Assembly: GCA_951804945.1 (NCBI GenBank)
Contig: OX638164.1
Span: 23,002,001 to 23,066,000, forward strand
DNA length: 64,000 nucleotides
Reading direction: 5' to 3'
From: Podarcis cretensis
Lineage: Eukaryota
Shown here: in pieces, positions 51,712 to 64,000 of the stretch
Numbering within the stretch: position 1 is the stretch's first letter
Layout: each line of letters starts with the position of its first letter
Made by a program: the position numbers and the translations under genes
The notes under the pieces: model-generated
Database searches by the model: none
What the model saw: the letters and a program-made list of their open reading frames with translations, nothing else
What the model was told of the DNA's origin: nothing

Positions 51712-54308
51712 ATGTGGAATGTTTCCTTCTAAGACACAGACACCTGTGCAGTCGGATGTCCACCAGTTACAAATATTTCATTAAATTCCTGTTACTACTG
51801 TATAAATATTGGGCTTGGAGATGGGCAGGAGGAAGATGGGAAATACTGTTCTGCACAACCCAAATGGCCACTTCTTTACAGTCTAAAGTCTTTCAGCGGC
51901 CCAGATTACGGGGCTAACATACTTCATACAGTAGGTCCACAGATAAAATAATAATCTAATATTATTACACAACCTTATCTTTCAATAAAACTTTGCTTTA
52001 TAATAAAATATCTTATTAACATTGCCATTTCCCGTTATGTGTAAATATACATACATAGATACATATACCCACACACACACATCATAAACAAAGCGTTGGT
52101 TTGGAGCTTTGCTACCCAAATGGACAGAAAAGAACCTCAGCTCTGTCTTAGCTTATAAAGCCCAGTGCCAGTTCATCAACACAATGTCCTGGAATGACTC
52201 CACATAATACATAGGTAATTATTTCTTACTGGAGTCAGTGAAATAAAAGAGAATGGACTACCACATTCCACATGCAAGCCTTGGTTTGCTCTATATTGCT
52301 CATCTTCATATGGTCATAGGAGAGGAGATCTGCATTTTTAAAAAATCCAGCCCTCTCTTGTATGCTTGGCGTTCAGGCAGGACTTTTACCATAAATAAAA
52401 ATAAAAATAAGATTACTGGGATTTTGTTTTGCACACCGCAGGGGAAGAAAATGCACAAACTCTGGGATAGATGTATATAAAAAAGAAGCCCTCCCACCAG
52501 AGAACAGAGGAATTATGGGAAAGAAACCTTGCATGAGAAGCTAAGGAAGGTCAAAAGTTTATGGGTAACAAGAGCTTAGCGACACTGCTGGGGGGGTGCA
52601 CGCTGGGAAGCCCACTTCCTCCCTCCCCTCCTTTAAATGTACATGTGTAAAACTGAGCGATTCTCCAGTTTTCAACTTGTCAAGCTGACAGATGAGCATG
52701 GAAGGGCACTGCTGAGGGGGAGAGCCCTGTCTGATTTACAAAGCAAGCATTCTTCCAAAAAGAAAAGAAAAGATGGATTCTTTTTTCCCTATAAGAATCA
52801 TAAATATGATGTTGAGCTACACGAAAGTGGGTAGAAGACATCTCCAAGAACAGGGGACGGCCTTTTACTCTTTATGACAGTTTCCTATACTCCTCAGTAA
52901 ATGGTGCATCCGCCCCTTTTCACAAGATTTGGGGGTGGGGAGTGGGCTTGCTTCTATGGTGTGTAAGAGGAGCTCACTGGTGTTGGCCCCGCAAAACTCA
53001 CCACTCCAATACACCTTTCAAGTGGTAAAAGGCAAGGCTAGAAAACTGACTCATACAGAGACAGGACCCAGGGACCTCAGAGGACCTGTACGTCTGTTGC
53101 ATCTCTGCGTTGGCTTTAAAAAAAGTGGTAATTTATGAGCAAATTGCAGGGCGGGGAGGAAGGCCTGGCCTTTGGTTTCCACTGCGGTGTAGCAGCTTAG
53201 CACAGGACTTGGGTTTGAGAGACTCAGGTTCAGATTGCCAGTTTGCTGTCAAAGTCCTTGGGTGACCTTGAGAGAGCCATTTTCTCTCACAGGGTTATTA
53301 TAAAACAAAAAAGAATTTTATTTTTTTTGGGGAGAAACATGTACCTCACCAGCGGCTCCTTGGAAGAAGGGTATGATAAAAGAATGCTATGTTTTTAAAA
53401 AATGCAAGGGTTTTGGGGTTCTTCAGCCACAGTGAGGATGGTGACAGTCCGTTAAGAGCTGCCTGCAAGCTGAGAGAGGTATCTCAGCAGTGGAGAGTGA
53501 GGCTTCACGAAACAGATCGAACACATGACCGGGTGACCAACATGAACTTGCCCATGAGACAAAGAGGCACCCATTTAAATGCCCAGCACAATCTGCACTG
53601 AGTCTGGCCCCTACGACACCCTTGAGAGTCAGCAAGCCAAAAAGGTTATGCAAGTGATTGTGATTTAGCAGAGTGCCCTGCAAGCTGCAGTGTGTGTGTG
53701 TGTGAGGGCGCACACGTCAACCCCTGTCAAAGTTTTGATCTCCTTCAGCTTAAGTGAAATCCAGAAGGGCACGGGATATCCAGTAGACCAAAGTCTAGTA
53801 AAACACTGCTTACAGAACAACCCCCTTCCAACCTAACCCTCCGGGAACAAAGAGATTGAGAGGCCACCCAGGTGAAGGGGCACCAATTCTGCCACTTGTA
53901 ATTGGAGCCCGGCTACTGAGCCACACAAAACCTTTTCAACATGTACCCTGTGTATGGCCTGAAAGCCCGAGCTCCCTGACTTGAGTGACTGCAAGGACCC
54001 TCTTAAAGCTTTGAAGAAAGACTTTCATGCTAAGTTCACAGGAATACTGGAGCGGTTGGGGAGAAACCAAAGAAAAGTCGCACACACACGCTTGAAGTCA
54101 GTCACCTCCTCTTAACAATTCGCCGCCACCGCAATCTGCACTGGGTCGCAGCGCACCTCTCACGGATGTGGGCCTGCTGGAGAAGCTACCTGGTACGTAT
54201 AGAAAACCAAACCTCAAACGACAAACCAAAACGAATCCCCCCACTTCCAGAAAGTCCTCAATTTGCATACATGAGGTGGCCGTGAACCCCCTGGAGATGG
54301 GGGGCGGG

Positions 54309-54627
54309 CTATTTGGCTTTGGAGTCCACATAGATTTTATCTCCATCCCGAATGCCGTAAGAGTGCAGAGCTCGCGAGTTGTACTTCATCTCCTCGGGGC
54401 CGAAAGGAGCTTCGTGGTCAAAGTAAGTGACATGCATGTTGCTGGTCGGGAGCTGGACCAACGCTTTCAATTGTTTCTTTAGCTCTGCTACCGTCTGGTC
54501 CAGGCGTATGGTCATCTCCTCCACCTGGTCTCTGAAGTGAACCTCGACTTTGGCGCTGCTCTGGGGCCGCAAGTCCACCACTGCCAGCTTTTCCAACTTA
54601 CCGTATTTTGTCACTAGCTCGTGATAC
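54309..54627 (-). CDS. TBCEL: Tubulin-specific chaperone cofactor E-like, last coding exon: ubiquitin-like domain and stop
   Basis: (R)[54 protein letters not shown]...[18 protein letters not shown]. Acceptor tttctctctcag. 319 nt including TAG. Confidence 0.96.
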
Positions 54628-56723
54628 CTGAGAGAGAAAGAGACGGGTGTTACGACCGGTGCCGCAAATCCCCGCACTCAGTGCTCTTGGCTATGAAGTT
54701 GCTTTATTAAAATAATTCTTGCATCAAAGCCATTCAAGAAGGCTAGATGCATAAAACACAGAAGCTTAAAATTAAAGCAAAAATCACCGGAACGGCAGAG
54801 GGACTGATAAAACCAAGAGGAAGAGAAATCCCACTACAGCAGCTAAAACAGCTTCAAGTAGCCTTGTGGGGAGAAGAAAGGAAAAATTATTTGTTTGCCG
54901 CCAGAAGGGACCAACAGCAAAGAGGACCAAGAAACCCTTAGGAAGGACATTTCAGCACCCCAGAGCCCACTATGGGGGAAAGGTATTAGTCACTGTTCCT
55001 CAAATTGTGAGGGGACCCTTAAACTTCTGAAGATGAACTCAGAGAACAAGAATGTTTGAGTGAGAGGAGATAATCCTTTAGGTACCCTGGATTTACAACA
55101 TTTTGAATTTTTAAAAGGGTCCAGAATCTGGAACTGGACCCCCCAAACTATGCAGAAGCCAATGGACTTGTCACTTCTATGCTCTCAATTTTATGAATTT
55201 CCCTGCTACAACTTTTAGGAAGCATTTCTTGTAATAATAATAATATTTATACCCTGCCCATCTGGCTGGGTTTTCCCAGCCACTTTGGGCGGCTTACAGC
55301 ATATATAAAATACGTAGTAAAACATTAAGCATTAAAAACTTCCTGATATGTTATTATGTGTCATTAAGTAAATTAACTGGAATTCTTGGGACTGACCCAT
55401 GCAGTGAGAGATTTGTAAGATTCGGGGCAAGCCCAGCGTGGTGACTGTGCACAGTACTGCTGAAACTCGCTGTTTTCACTGTTCAGAGAGACTCTCTTAT
55501 GGTAAGCAAGCTCAAAGCTCTGCTGGTTGCTGCCGATGGAACATTCTAACAGCAACAGGTACACAGTCTTGCGGCTCCTGAATTTCCACCTTAGCAGTGC
55601 TGCTAGTGACCGAGAGTTCTTTGCCGTACTAGTAGGCAGGCACATAACCTAAGTGAGGATGCAGCAGTGACAGAGTCTCGCCTCCTGCGATCACTGAACA
55701 TGCAGAAACCAGCCCTTCTCCTCCTAATTCTTTCAAAGTTAAAACTCTACATGGTTTAACGTTGCTTTAGCAGCTGTTAATATTACTTTCCCCTACTTTG
55801 CACTCTGATCTAGGCAAATTCCCTGCATTTCATTCTGCCATCAAATATGCCATCAAGGTATCTGTGCCCCCAACCCAAAAAAAATCAGGAGCGAAGGGGA
55901 AAAGACGAGAGCTGTGTCTGCCTGGATGGTCATGAACCTGCTCAGCAAGTTTCGCCATCTTCCCAGAGATGCTCTTTTGTTCTGGGCTGCTGGGTAGAGA
56001 GAGAGAGAGAGAGAGAGATCAGTGTTTCCTCGCTTCTCCCCTCCCATCGCCCTCACTTCAGGTATCTCTCCGATGGGTAATGAGGAGGCAGAGTCTCTTC
56101 TGCCGGGGCTGGGAAAGTGGCAAAAAGTCAACCCGAAGCACAAGGTAATTGAAATAACAAAGACAAAGAGTGGCTGAGAGGAGGTAACATTTCAGAGTCT
56201 CCAGACGATGCCCGGGACTGAAAGCTCCTTTTGTCTCCTGTCCGGCTCGGGGGCTTAAACGTGATCGCTGCTGTGTCACTGCTCCTGTCAAGAGGATGAT
56301 GAAGCCTGGCAACGGAAGAGGGAGGCCCCCCGAGGGACTCATGTTAAATGTAGGAATGCTCTCTCAACAGCGAAGCCTCTGTCTGCCCGGAGGGTGAGGT
56401 AACCGACGCAGTGCGCTATGATTTCCCCAGCATCTTGGACACAAACGGCCTTTATCAGGGCGGAAGGCTCCAGCAGAGGCAGCTGCGCTTGCTCTTGCAA
56501 ATCGGCAGATAGGAACGGCCCGCATGGGAAACTATTACTTGGCAAAGATGGAGGAAGATATGCGTTTTCGGAAAAGGGGCCGTTGCCTAGGACTGTAGTG
56601 GGGAAAGTTAACGGGGAAGGAGCTTCCCAGAGTGCTTTTCAACACTTCAACCTGCACCAAGCACTTTGTAGCGGCTTCCACGGCTTAACACAGCATGGGC
56701 CCCCCAAACTGCTTCTGTGGTTA

Positions 56724-56949
56724 TAGTGGTACCTCGGGTTAAGTACTTAATTCGTTCCGGAGGTCTGTTCTTAACCTGAAACTGTTCTTAACCCGAAGCA
56801 CCATTTTAGCTAATGGGGCCTCCTGCTGCTACCGCGCCGCTGGAGCACGATTTCTGTTCTCATCCTGAAGCAAAGTTCTTAACCCGAGGTACTATTTCTG
56901 GGTTAGCAGGGTCTGTAACCTGAAGCGTATGTAACCCGAGGTACCACTG
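56724..56949. mobile_element. Tigger/mariner-like MITE in the last TBCEL intron
   Basis: (t)agtggtacctcgggtta / taacccgaggtaccactg, TA TSD. Confidence 0.88.
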
Positions 56950-58285
56950 TATATAGCAGGGTCTACTAGGGCAGAGGTACAAGTGACAGAGCAGTTCTGG
57001 ACAAAAGCGCACTTTTGAGAGACCTTGGAAATAACATCTCAATCAGCAGAGGTGCTGTTCCTGTTGTCCCCAGGTCCAAAAACCATATAGGAAAAAAACA
57101 AGCAGGCTAAGAAGAAAGCAAAATGAAGCGGAAGAATTGGAAACTTGGGGCTACAGAAGGATTTCCTTCAACTTGGCTTGAAACTACTGAGAGAGGTCAT
57201 TTCTAAGGCCAGCCTGTATCCCAAAATGAGAAAGATGGCAATTTCCAGTACATTTTGCTTCCCGCATTTTCAGCTTGGCTCTCACATGCCTAGCACATAT
57301 GCTTTCATATGAACAGCACACCTGCATAGTGCTGGATCAGCATTTCCGACAAGTCATGGCCCTTAAAGAAAAAAAAGCATCCTCACACACAAGTTTCTAG
57401 CAATCTTGTTTGCAACCAAAATTCTGAAAACAATGAAGTGTCTTTCATTTTCAAAATGAATAAAAAATGAATTAAAAAAATCAAAGCAGCAAACCTACAA
57501 ACATCTTAAATATTACCAAATGATATAATTAAAATAACTATTTAAAAGGGCCTGTTGAAAGGAGAGCAGTGATGGGGCATTTTCAGCACCTCAGCGCTGA
57601 AACAGAAAATATTGTTACTATTACAATTTTATTTATTTATATCCTGCTTTCCTCCAGAACCAGGACTCAAGCTGGCTAACAAAAATTCAAACAGACATGG
57701 ATAAAGCACGTAAGCTAAAAACATGTTAAAAAAAATAAAAAATTAAGCTATAATTAAATTAAAACAATGTTAAAAACAAATATATAACATCTAGCAAACA
57801 AATCTCATAAAAACAGCATGACACTATTACAAGCTCCTTTCTCTTGCAACCTCCAGCAGATGAGGGTAGGTAGGGAGACACAGAGCAGGGCCCCAGTAGT
57901 TCTCCAGGATCAAGTATAGTAAGCCTTCAGCTTATGTGTTTAACTTGTGTGCATTAAGTTGTGCATGCTTGGCAAAGTGAATGAATGAATGAATGAATGA
58001 AAGGGGGTGGGCATCCAGGAAAAATGACTTTAGCATCCCCACCCACCATTGAACCCAATGTGTATTGACTATACACAATTTTTGCTTTAGGGTCGATCCC
58101 TGAAGCATAGCCTCCATGTAAGTTGTGGGCTTATGCGGATTCATATCACAGGAGGCAATTCTTCAGAACACTGTTGCTGGCTCAGAAACCAGGTCATTTG
58201 GTGGTCTGGAATAAAAAGTCAGTGCCCTGAATTGCTATTTGTTCTTCTGCTGCACTATGGCTGCTATGCTTTACTCCTCAAGCAT

Positions 58286-58443
58286 CAAAGTTCTTGCAAA
58301 TTCAATAATGTGACTAAAATGTGTGATTTTTATTTCACTCTATGTCACATGCAGAACTCAACCAAAGTTCTTGCAAATTCAATAATGTGACTAAAATGTG
58401 TGATTTTTATTTCACTATATGTATGTCACAAGCAGGACTCAAC
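58286..58443. repeat. ~77-bp tandem duplication in the last TBCEL intron
   Basis: caaagttcttgcaaattcaataatgtgactaaaatgtgtgatttttatttcact... repeated at 58286 and 58363. Confidence 0.9.
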
Positions 58444-60964
58444 CAATGAATTAAATGTCGTTGTTTTGGGTGTGTAGGTGCAGAGGACTGACACTGCTCA
58501 TGTAAAGGTCACAGCCCTGGAAGAACTGGAGGGCTAAAGAGATAGAGAGGCTTTTGTTTGTAATATGGGCTGGAGAGGGAGGCCCAGAATGAAATGGGGT
58601 GCAGGGTGGGGAAAACGTACACAACCACAGGTTGAACATCGATGATGGGCCAAAGGTCTAGGATGTGGAACCTGAACCCTTGCCACTGGGGAGACCACCC
58701 CAGCCATGTGCAGCCTCGTCCATGGATATCCCTGAAATGGCACACTAGCTCTGTGGAGCGGAAAAACAGCTTTCAATGGGCGCACAAGTCTTTTAGAGAC
58801 CCCACACAGATGAGGGCATTCGGACAAAAGGGCCATTGAGCACAGAAGCATGGGAGCAGTTGCAGCATTTTTAAAAGGCTATGAACCGGGGAGCAGGTGG
58901 GCGGGGGGAGGATCAGAGCTCCCCTTGCTTCCTACGTGAAACCTCTTTGGAAAAGGCAGAAAACAGCTTTCTAGAACGGAAGCAAAAATCGACACACAAA
59001 ATGACAATGATGCTAGAAAAGTGTTGAAAGAAATACTTCTTGACCATTTGTTGGGTGGGTGAGGGAGGACGAAACAAAAACCTCCTGGGGGGGCAGAATA
59101 TAATTTGCTTTGTGGGGTGGTGGGGGAGGAGAATTTATCAAAATATTTCAGGGTGGAATTGCCACTTCTGAGTGGCCATTTCCTCCCTGCTATTCAACAT
59201 TAAGAAAAGCCATGTGGGGTGATACCCATAGGTTCCCACAGGCCGCACTTCCTAGAATGCCTTGCAACATCACATCACTCCAAAGCATTCTGGGAAGTGG
59301 GGTTGGTGGGAAACGTCACAATGCTCCCTCCAGGTCTTCTTGTTTGCCCACACTTTCCGGAGAGATCCAGCAAGGTAAGCAGGAAACAACTCCTGGGAAT
59401 TTCAAAGGAATTCCTCCCCATCCACACAAAGAAAGCAGGAGAAGAATGGGACGTATTTTTTGAGAAACGAGGGGAGAGGTGTTTCACCCCAACCTTAAAT
59501 GGAACACCCCACAGAGGGTCAGATTTGAGCATTTCACAATAGCATGGCCCCCCCATTCCACAGGAATGTACGACTGTTAATGCAGAAGTCAAGGAGAAAG
59601 GTTGCAATATATTTTGTACAGGCAGCGGCCGTTTTAGGGCCATCTGGTATGTGCATGACCGTGCATGCGCATGTCGCGCTGAACCTGAAAGTGACCCACA
59701 AATGTCACGAAAAGGGGAGGGATGGTGGGTTTGCAGGCTTTTAAAATGGTGTTTCAAATATACACGATTTCACTTGAACGTAACCCCCAAGTAAACAGAG
59801 AGCTGCCTGTACTGTTCTTCAAGCAAGTTATTCATAGGGGTCACACAGACAGACCCTACAGTCCTCCACTCAACAGGGCCTCAAATCATAGTAGGATATT
59901 TTGCCACAGAACCCTCTGCAAGTCAGAGATCTCCCTCAGCCCTTTTCCTCCATCCCTTCTGGCCTGCGTTCCCACCCTCAACCCACTTCTATGGATCTTG
60001 AAAGACTTTCCCCTTCCCTTTTACAAGACAGACTGCTCCAGGAAGTGCTGCCCTGTGGACTGCTAGTTGCACACTGTGGCATTTTTTAAAAAAAAGTTTT
60101 TGAAGGATTCCTTTAGACAGGTTAGTACACTCTGGTGCCATTAGAGAAGGCTGCCACCAAGTTGTATCAGCCCCCATGCTGGAGTGGCCTCTCTGCAGCT
60201 GGGCCTCCTGCCTTCTCCTCTTAACCCCACACCTTTTTCCAGCGGTCAGGTCAGCCTGCACACCTGACTCTGCCCCAGAGAGAGAGAGAGAGAGAACAAG
60301 GAACCCTTTTCAAAACTGTTCTTATGCTTGGGAATGCAAAGTGCCAACGAGTAGCCAGGCATTCCAGCTGATGGCTTGGAGCATGGCCAAGTTTTCACTC
60401 CTTTGAGAAGGAAGGATGAAAATGGCACACAGGCGATGCCATCTAAATACATTCAGTTTGGGCACATACGTCTCTGGAGCTCAAGGGCACTTAAACACCA
60501 GATGGCAAGAGGATTAGCCACTGAGTGCTGGCACCGAACTGATGGACTGGAACCCATTCCCAGAGGATGCTGACTTCTCAGTAGGGGCTCAGCTTAGTGA
60601 GGTGGGAGTATCAATCACTTACACAGAACTAACAGCCACATCCTGCCCACATAAAACTGTAAGGTGCCAGAGACATTGACAATATGGTATAAATGATAAA
60701 CAGGTGAAAATATTCACACTTTGAGCATACAATTTAACATCTGTCTAGCATTTTAGATTCAGCAATCCTAACAATACCCTTGAAAAGAAGGTCAGTATTA
60801 TTATATCTACACTGATGACAGATAGGGAATCTAATGAGCATGTGGCAAAGGTGAGATCTCAGTTTACAGCTCATAGTTTCTAGGAACTATGGTACATACA
60901 TGACTCAAGGACTTTAAACAAACTCATTTCCTATTCTAAAACTTCTAGGATCAGAAGTTCTCAC

Positions 60965-61081
60965 CTGAAAGGGGCTTCCTCTTGTGGAAAGTCCATGTAG
61001 TAACGAATAAAAAACCTCTCAGAGTCCTCTCGCTCTCCTTCCAAAATGACACTCCCGTTCAGCTTATTGATAGACGGTAAC
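60965..61081 (-). CDS. TBCEL: TBCEL penultimate exon (LRR cap region)
   Basis: (R)[38 protein letters not shown](R). Acceptor ggcag, donor AG|GTGAGA. 117 nt, phase 2 to 2. Confidence 0.95.
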
Positions 61082-61332
61082 CTGCCATGTTCAAAAGAGG
61101 TGGAAATGTTACCATCTCGAGAAGGAAAAAAGAATACCCCCAACATTTAACAGACAACAGCAAAATGATGAGTATTGCACTCCCATGGGATTTCCCCAGA
61201 TAACTGAAAACATGAACTCTTAAAGGAAATGTGTTTTATTATGCAGGTGCCTTGGCAAAGAGAATTTAATCCGAAACCACATGTTAAAATTTGAACATAA
61301 ATGCATATGTGACAGGATTTCAAAAGAGCTTT

Positions 61333-61372
<40 letters not shown>

Positions 61373-63368
61373 ATACTGGCACTCAAAGTATTGTAAGTTC
61401 AGCAAGGCGTTTGTTAAGTGTTGCCTCCCGACTGTGCAGAATTCAAACAGAAAGGCAGCCAACCCTCAGGTAAGGACGGGAAGGCAAGTTAGACATGCAA
61501 ATATTTTGGTCATGTCTGATAGTGGTCTACTCCTAAGACTTCCACAAATGCAAAAAGGAAAGGATTTTGTGGAAGAAATTTGTGGAAGAAAAAGAAATTT
61601 GTGGGAAAAAATTGTGGAAGAAAAAGACTTCCACAAATGCAAAAAGATGGGGAATTGCTGAATGTTAGGGAGGTATTTTATGACACAGTGACTCTCTTCA
61701 CACATAAAGCTAAGCCAAACTGTGGCTTAAGCAGAAGATGGTGGCTGCTGTGTTCCTCTGTTGGTCCTCCTCTTTTTGTATCACCCAGGGCTGAGTAATG
61801 GTATGTCTTAGTGCATCATTGGAACACAGGCTTGTGCTTCCCAAACACAACTCAAAGTGGCAGTTCTGAGAGATAAGACCATGAATGTCTTTTCCTACAT
61901 GAACCTGATCGCTTTGTGAGATCTTCAAAAGAGGTGCTCCTTCAAAGAGTTCCACACCTTTGGAAGTTAGGGAGGCAGTCAACAGCATGAAGGCATTCAC
62001 TGCTGCAGCACCCAAACCATGGAACAGTGGAATGAATTCCCTCCTGGGACGTGCCCTCTCGGTGCCTAATTTGATGCAGTTATAGGACAACTGAAAGCTG
62101 TTTTGATTTACTCAAATTCTTGGAAGGAGTTGCCAGTAAATGTTGTAATAATGGTGGTTTCTGTTTGAGATTTTGCATTTGGGGAAAGGGGGCTATTATT
62201 ATTTTTTTAATGTAACTTGTGTTTTTATATTGCGATTTTATGCTGTAACAGCCCTGAGACCTGTGGGTATGGGGCAGTATACAAATTTAATAAAGTATTA
62301 TTATATTGTTGTTGTTGTTGTTGTTGTTGTTTTATGATTAGATGAAATACTTAAATCGAAGTAATTTTTTAAAAACTGTTTCCATAAGCTACTTCAATAG
62401 ATAGAAAAGTGGGGCATTTGTCTTTTAAACATGTAAACAAAGCTATATAATTTTAAGTTCCAAGTGCAGAGTTTTAGCCATGAACATGTTTAGCCAAGAT
62501 GACAGATTTTATGCAAAGAACACATACACTGAAGTTCGTTTCAGCAGCACCTAGCCTATGTTGCTAGCTTGTAGGAAATGTGGGATAATTCTTTCATCAG
62601 ACTTATTCTCAATAATCCAAACATTCTTAAAAAGAGTACAGCTAGCCAAAAGAGTTCAGGAACCTGAATAAGGCTTATAGATCAACACTGTCCCCCAGAA
62701 CTGAGGCTGAGTTCGGAACAGAGAACTGCATTTATGGGAAAAGACCTGCTGAGCGCTTGAAAATAATTAGCACTCAAGAAAGCTCCTTTTGACAAGTGAG
62801 AACACTACAAGGCATGTTGATGGATGGGGACTCCCCCTCAAAAGATTTTGATGAGTAAGGATTCTATTGCCCAATCCGCAACCAAGCTAGGACAACTTCC
62901 TTCCTCTGGTATTCAGCAATGCACTTAACCAAAACTGGGGTAACAGCTTCGACTCAGAAAGCTTACTGTTGGTCTGATTTCCCCATAGTTCCTTCAGTTT
63001 GGATGCAAGGATGGTATTTTGGCATGTTTGGAAGCAAGGTGGCAGCTCCTCACAATATGTGGAATAATTTGACACCCACAAGAGAATATTATTTCCTGCT
63101 TCTATCTTCCCCCCAGGAGTAAAGAGTTCAGAGCTCATACGACTCAACAGTTGTCAACTCCACATACAGGCCGTTTCCCACAGCTACTCCCACACTCTAC
63201 CTGCTCAAAAATCTGAGCCATTCATGCTTGCTTTATTCATTCATTAATTTTGTATCTGGCCCTTCCTCCCAATGGAGCTCAGGGTGGCATCAAAAGGTTT
63301 AAAGGCCACACTATTTTGGCTGCATTAACCCAGAATCAACCAAGAACAACAAAAAAACATCTGCAGAC

Positions 63369-63495
63369 CTGGCTATTACCAGCTTCCTGCGCTCCTCATT
63401 GGTGTATGGCTGAAGGAGAGGAATACCCAGTAACCTCACTTCCTCGAGCTTGGGGAAAGAATTGAGTTTGTCGATGTCTCCCCAGCACTGCAGAC
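63369..63495 (-). CDS. TBCEL: TBCEL internal exon (last LRR / LRR cap); gene continues beyond the right edge
   Basis: (G)[41 protein letters not shown](R). Acceptor ttctttaaagcag, donor AG|GTCTGC. 127 nt, phase 1 to 2, in frame with the next exon. Confidence 0.93.
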
Positions 63496-64000
63496 CTGCT
63501 TTAAAGAAAGGGAGTGTTCAGGGAAGGAAGGTGTCGGAAAGGAGCAAATCAAAATAATTGGGTGTTCTTGTGTCTGTGCATAAAATTGACTGGGGAAAAC
63601 AAGGAGACATTGACATTCCACCAGTACATGTGCAATCAGAATTATAAATTACTCTCAGGCCTAGTCTATGGATGCAGTCAAATCAGGTAACACAGTGGAT
63701 TGGACCACTTCCATTTTTGGGTGGACGTGGCAGAACATTTTTTGAATGTTCACCCATGTAAATGTATCTCAGCCTGATGTGAAGACTGTTTTATCCTCTC
63801 AGGATTCTAGTGTTTCATGACTGCCTCAGTTTGCCAAATGCATGGACCTAGCCTGTCACAGAGGCAAACCAAGACATGCTAGTGAATCAAGCAGAAAATC
63901 CCTTTGGTGTCCCGCTCATCCTCTCATACACAGACAAGCAGTAAAAATATAAGAAGCAGCTAAACTAGGTACAGGGAACCTTTTGCCTTTCAGATGCTGC

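Overview
Vertebrate genomic DNA, most likely a lacertid lizard (inferred from Sauria/Squam1-type SINEs and squamate MITEs). Two genes lie in tandem on the minus strand. The first is the 3' end of TBCEL: its last three coding exons (63495-63369, 61081-60965, 54627-54309) plus a long 3' UTR. The second is the 5' part of TECTA (alpha-tectorin): nine coding exons from the ATG at 42148 down to position 44 (2944 nt, 981 codons), running off the left edge. All coding exons were delimited by hand, have GT-AG boundaries and splice in frame. Introns contain Sauria SINEs, L1/L2/CR1 fragments, Tc1/mariner and hAT MITEs, nested solo LTRs and microsatellites. I found no wholly new system. The strongest leads are an in-frame TBCEL-to-TECTA read-through splice, inverted SINEs around a frame-neutral TECTA exon 7-8 module, a SINE-bounded tandem duplication, an LTR-in-LTR insertion and a templated-insertion scar. 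Comparisons to human proteins are from memory, not from a database search.
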